Positions 39,656 through 49,410 of a stretch of DNA of 64,000 nt are shown here, in pieces. The position numbers and the translations under genes are program-made. Origin of the DNA: Candidatus Poribacteria bacterium (GTDB lineage Bacteria > Poribacteria > WGA-4E > WGA-3G); assembly GCA_965197475.1 (NCBI GenBank), contig CBDANF010000002.1, forward strand, positions 608,001 to 672,000. The letters run 5' to 3'. Every line of letters starts with the position of its first letter. The first letter of the stretch is position 1. The notes under the pieces are model-generated. The model had not been told where the DNA came from and ran no database searches. It saw only the letters and a list, made by a program, of their open reading frames with translations.

Positions 39656-40918
39656 ATGAAAAACAAGGTTTTTTTGATGCTGACACTATCCATTCTCGTT
39701 TTACCCCTCAATTCTCATAGCGACTTTCCTCCGAGGACCATATTTCCTAAGGATGTACCGGGGGAGTACCCTGAACCTGTCGAAATACACATTGACGGTG
39801 CTGTAGATTACATACAATATTCACCGAATGGCAAACTATTGGCAGTAGTGACTTACCCTGGTTCCGGTCTACACCTCTACAACACACAAACTCTTGAAAA
39901 AGTTCATCATATCAAGCCTCCAGAGGGTTTTCTCAAGGAGGTAGTGGGCCTTTATTCGAAATGTATAGCGTTCAGTCCGGATGGAAAAATCCTCGTAAGC
40001 GGAAATGAAAGTAGAAATGGTAAGGGTAATATCAATTTGTGGGATGTAGCAACAGGAACACACAAGCAGATGCTCACAGCCCATTCAGAGGGTGTCTATA
40101 GCATAGCATTCAGTCCAGATGGAAAAATCCTTGCAGGTGGCGGGGTAGAAAGATTTTTCGTCTCAGATGGGGAACAATTGACTAAATTGACTATTGGGAC
40201 TATCTATTTATGGAATGCAAACACAGGGCACTTTCTTCGGCACCTCACGGTGCATGAGCTGGGTGTCGTTGGTGTCGCGTTCAGTCCTGATGGCAAAACG
40301 CTCGCAAGTGGAAATTGGGACAACACCATCCGCCTGTGGGATGTAGCAACAGGAACACACAAGCAGACACTTACAGCGAATCATAGTGGTATGCTGGGTG
40401 TATCGTTCAGTCTGGATGGTAAACTACTCGTAAGTTGGGGACAGTGGGGCGGTATCTTTTTATGGGATGCAAGCACGGGTAGTCTTCTTCACAGGCTCAC
40501 ACGTGCGACAAGTGATACGGATGGTCTTTCTGGCATCGCGTTAAGCCCGGATGGGAAGACACTCGCAAGTGCAAGTGGAGAAGGGGTCCGCTTATGGGAT
40601 GTGAATACGGGTAGTTATCTTCACAGCATGCGGGAATCTATGAATATAGACACACGTAGTGTAGCATTCAGTCCGGATGGAAGAACGCTCGCAAGCGGAA
40701 GTAGGTCCGGTACGGTATTCCTGTGGGATGTCCTACCTATTCTACTACCCGAAGATATCAATAGGGACGGTGTTGTCAATATTCAAGATTTGGTCATTGT
40801 CGCGCAGGCTTTTGGCGAAGCGGAACCCGATCTCAACGGTGATGGTGTTGTGAATATTCAGGACTTGGTGATTGTGGCATCGGCATTTGGGAATACGGCT
40901 ACCGTCCCCGAAGAATAG
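39656..40918 (+). CDS. Secreted WD40 protein (7 repeats) with dockerin
   Basis: ATG 39656 after TAAGGAG; 7 repeats; DINRDGVVNIQDL and DLNGDGVVNIQDL. Confidence 0.9.
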   Translation: MKNKVFLMLTLSILVLPLNSHSDFPPRTIFPKDVPGEYPEPVEIHIDGAVDYIQYSPNGKLLAVVTYPGSGLHLYNTQTLEKVHHIKPPEGFLKEVVGLYSKCIAFSPDGKILVSGNESRNGKGNINLWDVATGTHKQMLTAHSEGVYSIAFSPDGKILAGGGVERFFVSDGEQLTKLTIGTIYLWNANTGHFLRHLTVHELGVVGVAFSPDGKTLASGNWDNTIRLWDVATGTHKQTLTANHSGMLGVSFSLDGKLLVSWGQWGGIFLWDASTGSLLHRLTRATSDTDGLSGIALSPDGKTLASASGEGVRLWDVNTGSYLHSMRESMNIDTRSVAFSPDGRTLASGSRSGTVFLWDVLPILLPEDINRDGVVNIQDLVIVAQAFGEAEPDLNGDGVVNIQDLVIVASAFGNTATVPEE

Positions 40919-41381
40919 TTGTGCAATCTACACTGTGTCGTCTGAATCGCGGATTTACGCAGATTACGCGTTTTGTAGGAGCGACCTCCTGGTCGTGACC
41001 CGGAACGTGTCATAAGCACACTTAGCGTTGATTTGGTGCATTCGGTTGATTTGACGGTTTCAAACCACGCCTACCGAACGTATAAAAAATAATGGATTTT
41101 CTATAAACTTTGCAGAGGAAAGATATATTATACCAGATTAACGAGATTTATCTTATTTTTCTGGGTGACAGCGCGCTTACAAAGCGCGACTGATACCAAA
41201 TTAACCCGATTTGTAGCGCGAGGTCTCTGTGCCTCGCAATGCTGACTTTATCAAAAAAATAATAATCTCGTTAATTTGGTATAATACGCCCAAAAAAATA
41301 TAAGATAAATCCGGTTAATTTGGTATCAAATAATGTGCAATAGTTTTGCGAATTGTGGTTTTGGCAAAATATGAAAAAAAG

Positions 41382-41410
41382 TTGACAACCTCTTAGATAT
41401 CGTGTATACT
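41382..41410 (+). promoter_or_regulatory. sigma70 promoter of the tRNA pair
   Basis: TTGACA-17 bp-TATACT with an A-tract upstream, 16 bp before tRNA-Leu. Confidence 0.8.
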
Positions 41411-41426
41411 ATTATATTATCCATTT

Positions 41427-41513
41427 GGTCGAGTGGTGGAATCGGTAGACACAATGGACTTAAAATCCATCGCCCATCAAACAGGCGTGAGGGTTCAAGT
41501 CCCTCCTCGACCA
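41427..41513 (+). tRNA. tRNA-Leu(TAA)
   Basis: Acceptor GGTCGAG/CTCGACC, anticodon arm ATGGA-CTTAAAA-TCCAT, long variable arm, GGTTCAAGTCC; CCA not encoded. Confidence 0.95.
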
Positions 41514-41527
41514 TATTGATTCCTTAC

Positions 41528-41601
<74 letters not shown>

Positions 41602-41672
41602 TCCTCTTTTATTCCCACATATATCCCTATTTCTCATCAATATTCCGTAGTTGGGTTTCGCTGTGCTCTACT

Positions 41673-41857
41673 CTTATGTGTCAATTTAAGGATTGATTTT
41701 CTTGTGGGAGGGAAACCTTGTAAACCCAATTTCCTAACTCAAGGTAGGCGCGCTTTGTAAGCGCGCCGTTGCCAATCATGCGTTTATCGGCGCGCTTACA
41801 AAGCGCGTCTACCGGGACGGGGTATTTAGCACTTAACTTTTTAAGTTGACACATAAG
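41673..41857. mobile_element. MITE with CTTATGTGTCAATTTAA TIR inserted in a REP
   Basis: CTTATGTGTCAATTTAA...TTAAGTTGACACATAAG; 19-bp direct repeats (15/19 identical) at 41654-41672 and 41858-41876. Confidence 0.72.
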
Positions 41858-41903
41858 GATTTTGCTGCGCTCTACCCGACCTACGGAATACAATGATTTA
41901 GGA

Positions 41904-42968
41904 TTAGTGTAAGACGCTGATGTCATCGGAGGAATGCACTGGATACGGGCTAATATCATAGTCACCATCCAGTGAAATATCGTCAACCATAACGATCTTA
42001 TCTAATAAAGCGGATTGGTGCATAGCGAAAATAGTTTGGATGATATGTAGGTTACTGCGCCCATCTGTAAGCGGCTTTTTGCCCGTTTGCAAACATTCAA
42101 GAAAGTGAACCATTGCGTTCCCGAAGGCATCAGGAAACCAAGTTCCTTCTATCTCAGGTTTAATCTCTCGTGTTTTGGGTTCTGTGAGATGAACAGTCAT
42201 ATCTGCGCTGTTTCCGTAAATTGCACCTTTAGTGCCTTGAATGCGAATCTCCTCGTGTGGATGTTGGAGGTTGTGCCCAGAATTCGCGAGGAATGCCCAA
42301 TTGCATGAGAGCAACCCTTTTACACCGTTACGACATTTAAAAAGAGCAACAGAAATTGTCTCTCCTGCTTCAACCGAATGTTCGTGTCCATGTGCTTGGC
42401 AATAAACGCTTTCATATTCACCGAACCATTTATGGACAAGACTGATGTGATGTACTTGCATTACAGGGATGAGATGTTTTCCCGGGTAGGCGGTATAAAA
42501 TCCGTTGCATGTAATGGAAACGTGGTAGATTTCGCCGAGGTGTTCGGCGTTAATATACGGTTGAATGGCAAGAAATCCAGGTACAAAACAAGAGTTTTGG
42601 TTTATCATCAGTTGCACGTTGTGCTTCTCACATAAGTCTACCATTTCAACTGCTTGGCGCATCGCCATTGAAAAGGGTTTTTGGCAAAAGATGTGTTTTT
42701 CTGCTTGTGCGGCGGCATTCACAATAGGAGCGCGTATCCACGGGTGGACTGCCATGTCAACTATGTCAACAGCCTCATCGGCAATCAGGTCGGTAATCCG
42801 GGTATACCGTTTGCGGATGTCAAACCTATCGCCTACTTCATTCAATCGCGCTTCGTCTTTATCACAGATCGCAGCGACCCGTAGGTTCTTACGTTGATAT
42901 CCGTGTAGGTGTTGTTGTCCTATCCCTAAGCCTATTAGCCCGATACCGAGGTCTTGCAAGTTTGCCAC
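41904..42968 (-). CDS. Gfo/Idh/MocA oxidoreductase
   Basis: IGLIGLG, KHIFCQKP, IRIQGTKG. Confidence 0.88.
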   Translation of the reverse strand: MANLQDLGIGLIGLGIGQQHLHGYQRKNLRVAAICDKDEARLNEVGDRFDIRKRYTRITDLIADEAVDIVDMAVHPWIRAPIVNAAAQAEKHIFCQKPFSMAMRQAVEMVDLCEKHNVQLMINQNSCFVPGFLAIQPYINAEHLGEIYHVSITCNGFYTAYPGKHLIPVMQVHHISLVHKWFGEYESVYCQAHGHEHSVEAGETISVALFKCRNGVKGLLSCNWAFLANSGHNLQHPHEEIRIQGTKGAIYGNSADMTVHLTEPKTREIKPEIEGTWFPDAFGNAMVHFLECLQTGKKPLTDGRSNLHIIQTIFAMHQSALLDKIVMVDDISLDGDYDISPYPVHSSDDISVLH

Positions 42969-43179
42969 GTTTTTTGTAATTCCTTTGTCTGAACCAAGAT
43001 TTACGAATCAACGCCGAATGCGCTTGTGGCATTCGGCGGGATTATCGGATTTCCAAGATTGTTTTGTTCTCTTGATTGAAGTTTGTTTCTTGTGTAGGAA
43101 CGGTTTTAAACCGCGATTTATCGGCGTTGAAAACGCCTCCCACAAGAAAGAATATCTCTAAATTGACTCCTTTGATATT

Positions 43180-44442
43180 TCAAATCCCCAAACCATCGTC
43201 AATTTCACGCTGATAGGTATTGATGGATTCATCTAACATCTTGTCTAAGTGCACAATTTGACCGGTTGCACCGGATTCAAGCATGGCGTAAGAGATTGCA
43301 ACGGAACGTGTGCCTTGATATGCGTCTACTTCAATAGGACGGTTACCAGCAATTGCTTCCGCAAAATCACCATACTCAATTGCGATGATCTTTGCATCGG
43401 TATTTGAAAAAGGGAAATCGTATTGCCACAGGCGGTCACCACCGAATAGGTCGGTTGTAACTGCATCAAGGTGGAAATATGGAACGAGGTCCAAGAGTCT
43501 CTTATCGTTAATGGTTCCTTGCCCATCAATCTGTAGGGAGATAACCCTACCGCTTCGGTCACCGGGGAGCGTCATTGAACCTTGGGAACCGTGAATCTGA
43601 CGTGCCCAGCTGCCTTGTCCCCACGCGCCGTGGTCTTCAATATACTGCCCAACGACTCCGCTTTTGAAAGTCAACGTTGCATAGGCTGCATCTTCCGCTG
43701 TTGCTTCAAATTCAGCAGGCATTTTACGCTGCCATTCCGTATAAACCCCCGCGGGGTTTGACCCGGATTCGCCTGTCACCGCAGCGGGATTGTGTCGGAT
43801 AGGTTCATGAAGTCGCGTTTGCGCGTAGACGGTTTCAACCTCACCGAGTAGATACTCAATCATGTCAGCATAGTGGACACCAACATCAAGTAGAACGCCG
43901 CTTTGATCTTTCTGATGCCGCCAAACTGAGATAAGCATGCGGTTTGTGCCGCCGATTGCATGGTGGATAAGAAAGCGCGGTTTACCGATAACTTCCGCGT
44001 CAAGCAGTGCTTTGGCAAGCCGATTGATAGGGTCGCGCCGATAGTTTTCTGCGACACTTAACACAGCATCGGACTTTTTCGCAGCATTACGGATTAAGTT
44101 ACACGCGCGAACGGTTAGTCCTATCGGTTTTTCAACCATTGTATGCCATCCGCGTTCAAGTGTCTCAACTGCAACAGTATGGTGATAGGGTGGCGTTGTT
44201 GTCACATCAACTGCATCAATGCCGACTTCAGCCAATTCTTCAAGATTTCCAACAACAGCGGGTTTTTTACCGAAACGTTCTTCTGCTTGTTTCGCGAGAG
44301 ATTCGGCATTAGCCAGAACAGGGTCGCATGCACCGACAAGATCAAACCGCTCCCATCCTGCCCGATAGAGTTCTGCCAACCCGTACATGTGCCGATGCCC
44401 CATACCGCCACATCCCACAATTGCCAATCGAATTGTATCCAT
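43180..44442 (-). CDS. Gfo/Idh/MocA oxidoreductase
   Basis: AIVGCGGMG, MVEKP, VAENYR, LLDVGVH. Confidence 0.9.
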   Translation of the reverse strand: MDTIRLAIVGCGGMGHRHMYGLAELYRAGWERFDLVGACDPVLANAESLAKQAEERFGKKPAVVGNLEELAEVGIDAVDVTTTPPYHHTVAVETLERGWHTMVEKPIGLTVRACNLIRNAAKKSDAVLSVAENYRRDPINRLAKALLDAEVIGKPRFLIHHAIGGTNRMLISVWRHQKDQSGVLLDVGVHYADMIEYLLGEVETVYAQTRLHEPIRHNPAAVTGESGSNPAGVYTEWQRKMPAEFEATAEDAAYATLTFKSGVVGQYIEDHGAWGQGSWARQIHGSQGSMTLPGDRSGRVISLQIDGQGTINDKRLLDLVPYFHLDAVTTDLFGGDRLWQYDFPFSNTDAKIIAIEYGDFAEAIAGNRPIEVDAYQGTRSVAISYAMLESGATGQIVHLDKMLDESINTYQREIDDGLGI

Positions 44443-44451
44443 GTCTTGTTC

Positions 44452-45963
44452 CTAATTGTTTAGTATAACTTCTAATCTCTTCAAATCAGCTTCCAATAGT
44501 GTTGCATCACTACGATATAGGTTTTGACGGTTTAACACCTTCTCAGCATATATTTTACCTCTGATCGGGAGAGGACCTTTTATTCTTACTTTTCCGGGAC
44601 CGACATTATACGCACCAAGTGCTAAGGTTAAATTATTGAGATATTTTTTTAATAGATAGTTGAAATAGGTTAATCCTGCTTCAAGGTTTTTCTGAGCGTC
44701 AAATCGTTCATCGACTATTCCATCAAGATTTGGTTTAAGCTTATTTGAGTACATCGGAACTTTCAAACCGAGTTCCCTGGCAGTTGAAGGCACCATCTGC
44801 ATTAACCCTCCTGCTCCAGTCTTTGACACAGCAAGGGGATTAAATTTAGATTCAACGTAAATGATGGCTAACATAAGTTCTATAGAAATATTGTGTTTTT
44901 TCGCAATTTGAATGCTCTTCTTTTCTGAAGAACTTAGGGTAGGTTCAACTTTTTTAGGTTTCGAATTATCAGGTGTCTGCGGTGTCACACTGGAAGTTGT
45001 GCCGCTTGATGTAGGTTCAACTTTTTCGGTTTTATGCTTATAAGATGTTTGTTGCGTTTCCCCAAAAGTGAGACCAATTGAGAGTAGATGTTTATACTTA
45101 AGATTCTCTTGATTCAAATAAGTATAATAGGTTTGTTTTCCCCAGTTTTTGAATGATAGTCCTAAACTCCAGGATTGGGCAAATGCGCCAGCATCAAAGG
45201 AAAAAAGCGAACCAACGTTAGCGGAAAGAGGACCGGTTACGATTTCAAAACTTGTACCGAAGGCGGGTGAGGTAACATCAAAGCACGTATGCCATCTAAT
45301 AACTTGATGGGGTATCAGAGTTGTTCCTAATGCAAATTGTGGGTCGAAGGTTTTCAAAACTATACCATTTTCATCTTGAATGGATACACCGCTAATGTCG
45401 CGGAACTGCATTCCTACAACCGCGTGAGGGGAAAGCGTCATCAGTGCCCCAACATCATAATTTGGTGCCCAGTGACTGTTCTTATAAGGTGCACGACTAA
45501 ATCCGGTGCTTGCCCCAAGCTGCACCGGTCCGAGTTTCCTTGCATAAGAGAGTAAGGCTTGATTGTAACCTAACTCAAATGTACCGATAGGGTTGGAAGT
45601 GTGGTTTACAAGGAAACGGTCAGAAGTGTTGAAATCAAGGAGGTTAACACCGAAAGTTCCAATCGGTTTAATAGGATAGGCGATAGAAAACGCACCTTGT
45701 GAGAGATCGTAAATCAGGTTTCCACGGTCGAGAGATGCGAGTCCTGCAGAATTCCATAGCGGGCTTGTTGCATCATCTGCCCCACTAATAAACGCACGAC
45801 TCAATCCGAGTCCACGCGTTCCAATTATAGGTCTCGGTTCAGATGTGCCAATTTCGGACAGCTCGTTGAGCGATTCTGAACATGCGTTCTTCTCGCAGAG
45901 AAAACCCGTGAATAAGAGGAGCAAGATGGCTATGAAGAACCATCTTCGTTCACGGGAGCTCAA
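44452..45963 (-). CDS. PorV/PorQ-like beta-barrel fused to an SLT lytic transglycosylase (start uncertain, TTG 45963 assumed)
   Basis: Signal-like WFFIAILLLLFTG; GTRGLGLSRAFISGADDATSPLWNSAGL; AIIYVESKFNP.AVS..GAGGLMQMVP, ALGAYNVG. Confidence 0.75.
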   Translation of the reverse strand: MSSRERRWFFIAILLLLFTGFLCEKNACSESLNELSEIGTSEPRPIIGTRGLGLSRAFISGADDATSPLWNSAGLASLDRGNLIYDLSQGAFSIAYPIKPIGTFGVNLLDFNTSDRFLVNHTSNPIGTFELGYNQALLSYARKLGPVQLGASTGFSRAPYKNSHWAPNYDVGALMTLSPHAVVGMQFRDISGVSIQDENGIVLKTFDPQFALGTTLIPHQVIRWHTCFDVTSPAFGTSFEIVTGPLSANVGSLFSFDAGAFAQSWSLGLSFKNWGKQTYYTYLNQENLKYKHLLSIGLTFGETQQTSYKHKTEKVEPTSSGTTSSVTPQTPDNSKPKKVEPTLSSSEKKSIQIAKKHNISIELMLAIIYVESKFNPLAVSKTGAGGLMQMVPSTARELGLKVPMYSNKLKPNLDGIVDERFDAQKNLEAGLTYFNYLLKKYLNNLTLALGAYNVGPGKVRIKGPLPIRGKIYAEKVLNRQNLYRSDATLLEADLKRLEVILNN

Positions 45964-46768
45964 GGTGACGCGCTGGGTTTTCACTTTTGCCTTTGTATCT
46001 GACTTCAAAATGGAGGTGGGGGCCTGTTGAATGCCCAGTATCTCCGGACAAGCCGATAACCTGACCTTGTTGTACAATATCGCCGACGGATACATAAATT
46101 CTTGACATGTGCCCATACGCTGTAGAGAAATCATCTTGGTGTTGTATGACAATTGTTTTTCCATAACCACCTTTTCTTGCAGCATAGGTAATCCTGCCTG
46201 TTTTTGATGCATATACCCGTGTACCAGTGGCTGCACGGAAGTCTATGCCTTCGTGCAGAAGGTAGCGACCCGATATTGGGTGGTGGCGATAACCGTACCT
46301 TGATGTTACCTGTAAACGAGTTCGCAACGGTTTGGCAAAACCGACACTTTCATCACCCGGGATAAAGATTTTCTGACCGATTCTGAGTCGTTTAGGCTTG
46401 GAGATACCGTTTATCCGTTGAAGTTTCTTCCAGTCCTTAATATTATGCTTTCGGGCAATACCATATAATGAGTCACCGTCTTTAACGACATACCAAGTTC
46501 CACCTGAATTCTCAGTCGCATTTACGGGCTTAGTTCCGATTGGGATTACTAACTTTTCTCCAATTTGTAGGCGGTCTAAAGAAACAAGACTGTTGGTCTG
46601 GGCAATGGATTTCATGGGCACATCGTATTTTCTGGCAATCTGAGACAACGTCTCCCCTTTTTTGACCTTATGTAGCATTCCAATACATGAAGATGTCCAC
46701 GATGTTGAAACAAAAACCATACATAAAACGGTTATAATTACTTGAATATGTTTTCTTTTCAATTTCAT
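45950..46768 (-). CDS. LysM x2 plus M23 peptidase
   Basis: HKVKKGETLSQIA, YVVKDGDSLYGIA; HEGID, YGH, STGPHLHFEVR. Confidence 0.92.
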   Translation of the reverse strand: MKLKRKHIQVIITVLCMVFVSTSWTSSCIGMLHKVKKGETLSQIARKYDVPMKSIAQTNSLVSLDRLQIGEKLVIPIGTKPVNATENSGGTWYVVKDGDSLYGIARKHNIKDWKKLQRINGISKPKRLRIGQKIFIPGDESVGFAKPLRTRLQVTSRYGYRHHPISGRYLLHEGIDFRAATGTRVYASKTGRITYAARKGGYGKTIVIQHQDDFSTAYGHMSRIYVSVGDIVQQGQVIGLSGDTGHSTGPHLHFEVRYKGKSENPARHLELP

Positions 46769-46945
46769 ACCTATTTAGTTATGCTAGCTAGAACCTATCT
46801 GATAATTTAAATAAATAGTGCTAATAGACCCTTGCCTACGCTTTTTGAGACTAAACCTAATTTGTGTAATGACAGATGTACAATAAATTGTATATAAAAC
46901 GAATCTATGTCCTTCTTATAGTTGCAATTTCCTATAACTGACATG

Positions 46946-47467
46946 TTATTCACGAACTACCTGGAGTAATATCTCTGCAGTATCTGAAAAAATTTGAGTA
47001 TCGGTTTGAATTCCAGAAGCACCGACTGAAACGACCTCGCTGATAACGGTCACAACAAGCTGGAGAACTTCGACCCGAGTGTTAACCTCACCTAATGTGT
47101 CAGGTGCTGTCCATGTAACTGGGTTGTCGTTGGTGGAAGACAGCGTCCCATATCCGGTAATGTTTAGCCAATTTAATACGACACTCGTCCCTCTAACACC
47201 TTGCACTGAAGCAGTTAACTCCACCTGTTCACCCGGTTTCACCGTTTTTTTCGTAACCGTTACTGTTACATCAAGTTCACCCGCTTCCTCCATATTCTCA
47301 CTATTTTGGGTGCCTTCTAATTCAACGATAGTATCGCCAGACTCCTCCATTGTATCAGTGTTAGATACAGGGTTTTTCAGGTTACTACCTCCGCAACCTG
47401 AGATACTTAAAACTAATCCAACAAGGAAAAAACTAAAAAATAAACCACGAAATAGAGATGTTCTCAT
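46946..47467 (-). CDS. Hypothetical lipoprotein (Ig-like)
   Basis: Lipobox ISGC; VKPGEQVELTASV, VTWTAP. Confidence 0.65.
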   Translation of the reverse strand: MRTSLFRGLFFSFFLVGLVLSISGCGGSNLKNPVSNTDTMEESGDTIVELEGTQNSENMEEAGELDVTVTVTKKTVKPGEQVELTASVQGVRGTSVVLNWLNITGYGTLSSTNDNPVTWTAPDTLGEVNTRVEVLQLVVTVISEVVSVGASGIQTDTQIFSDTAEILLQVVRE

Positions 47468-47954
47468 GACTCCACCCTCTTCTGTGTTTGAGGCAACAGA
47501 ACGCTTGCGCGCGACCTATCAGATTTCTGTCTCCGTAGACAAACATACTTCCGGTTTTAAGCACCATGCGACATTGTCAAGTTAAAACCTTTGTATAAAA
47601 TCTAACTCAATATAACTATACTTTGGACAATTTTTAGTGTTTTTATCTGACAGCTTGGTTTATGCAACCTCTTAGGGATTAAGACAAGCTCATCCTTATT
47701 ATACCTGTCGCCCCGCTGGGGCTGCCTTTGCTGAACCTATAATAGTTTTCTGTGAGTTACAACTTCGCACAAAACTCGTAGAAAATACTTGAGAACACAA
47801 CATGAAACAGACAGAAATTGTCCAAACTTTGTAAGTTAATATATATAAAGTACGTTAAATTATTAACGGAAACGCAGAAAGACGGTTACAAAAAGCGGGT
47901 GAGAACACAAAAAGGAATTCGGCAGGAACAGTTTATTCCTGCCGAATCAATAGG

Positions 47955-48734
47955 TTATTTTGCTATGTTTTCCAACTGTTCGCGCAGAAAGGCGAGAATG
48001 TTCGCTATATCCTGGTCGCTAAGGATGTCGGAGGCATAAAAAGGCATAAGTTGACTGCCGCCGCCGCGGATCGTTTTAGCCCAGCGAACCATCGTTTTAT
48101 TAATATCGCGCGGTGCTCTAATACCGATGATCCGAATACCGATACCTGCTTTGAAAGGTGTTGTGTGGCAAACGACGCAGGTACGTCCGAAAAGTTGCCA
48201 TCCCTTTTTCGCATCACCGGACATGGCAGCAATTTTCTCACCGGCTGCCATTTTGGCATCATCATCTAACATTTCAATTTCAAATTGTGGGCCTTTGTTG
48301 TCTCCAGAAATAGCTTCAAAATAAGCCATGAGTGCTTCCGCATGTTCCGCTGGAATCGCAGTAGGGTTAACTTTAGCGGGAGCGATCTTCTGCAAAAAGT
48401 GCTGATAACAAAAACCACCACCACCTGCAGCACGTGCAAAATCAGCACCTGAAATCATTCCGCCCTTTGCTGAACCGCGCTGTGGAACGCCGATGACACT
48501 ATGTCCGGCACGAATTAAACCGTCCGGTTTTGCGGCATCATCAAAATCAGCATGGCAATCTGAACAAGAAAGCCCTGTTATACTTTTTGGTTTGAGAGTT
48601 CCCTTAAACGTTGGATCATTGAAAAGTTCGCGTCCAAGCTGCGCTTTGTCTGACATCTGTTGTGCTTGTGTTAAAAACACTAACAATGTTATCAGAAGAA
48701 TTACGCCAATTGAAAACGAAACAAATTTACGCAT
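47955..48734 (-). CDS. Secreted diheme cytochrome c
   Basis: Signal peptide; CSDCH and CVVCH; distal Met in LMP; extra Cys in GFCYQHF. Confidence 0.85.
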   Translation of the reverse strand: MRKFVSFSIGVILLITLLVFLTQAQQMSDKAQLGRELFNDPTFKGTLKPKSITGLSCSDCHADFDDAAKPDGLIRAGHSVIGVPQRGSAKGGMISGADFARAAGGGGFCYQHFLQKIAPAKVNPTAIPAEHAEALMAYFEAISGDNKGPQFEIEMLDDDAKMAAGEKIAAMSGDAKKGWQLFGRTCVVCHTTPFKAGIGIRIIGIRAPRDINKTMVRWAKTIRGGGSQLMPFYASDILSDQDIANILAFLREQLENIAK

Positions 48735-48867
48735 CAAAAAATCTCCTTAAAATCTTCAAAAAAATATACTTTTTGAAAAGTTTATCAAAATTAAAATAAA
48801 TTGTCAAGAAAAAACTGCATAATTACCAACCAATTTTCGTTAATTCCAAGAATTCTTACAGTTTTTA

Positions 48868-49410
48868 TTATTTCGAACACTGTGATGTGCTTTCTAAGAC
48901 AGCAATGTATGGCAAATTTCGATATAATTGTCCATAATCAAGCCCGTATCCTACGACAAAAACATTCGGAATCTCAAAACCGGAATAATCAACTGGGACA
49001 GAAACTTGACGTCGAGATGGTTTATCAAGAAGGGTACATATCTTAATCGTTTTCGGGTTTAAGGTTTGGAGATGTTTCACGAGAAACTTCAAGGTCTGTC
49101 CCGTGTCAATAATATCCTCTACAATGAGGACATTCCTATGTTTAATATAATTGCTCCCCGCTCGGATAAACTCAATATTTTTCGATGGTTCCGTACTATC
49201 GTTGTAACTTGAGGTTTGCAAGAACTCAAACCGTAGTGGTAGGGATATTTCACGCACGAGATCCGCGAAAAACAGAGTTGCTCCTCTGAGTACGCAAACA
49301 AGGACAAGTTCCTGGTTCTCATAGTCTTTAGATATCTGGCTACCAAGTTCCCGAATCCGCTCCCGAATCTGTGATTCAGAGATAAGAACAGTTTCAGGAA
49401 ACGATTTCAT
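48868..49410 (-). CDS. hpt: Hypoxanthine phosphoribosyltransferase
   Basis: VCVLRGA, VLIVEDIIDTGQTL, LLDKP, FVVGYGLDY; overlaps the tilS end. Confidence 0.95.
   Translation of the reverse strand: MKSFPETVLISESQIRERIRELGSQISKDYENQELVLVCVLRGATLFFADLVREISLPLRFEFLQTSSYNDSTEPSKNIEFIRAGSNYIKHRNVLIVEDIIDTGQTLKFLVKHLQTLNPKTIKICTLLDKPSRRQVSVPVDYSGFEIPNVFVVGYGLDYGQLYRNLPYIAVLESTSQCSK

Noticed and set aside
41326-41514. 62-aa ORF
   Set aside because: Antisense to tRNA-Leu.
45964-46236. N-terminal 91 aa of the 594-aa ORF; similar extensions on hpt, hflK, the 39515 ORF and the 61043 ORF
   Set aside because: They overlap neighbouring genes or repeats; downstream starts with an RBS or signal peptide fit better.
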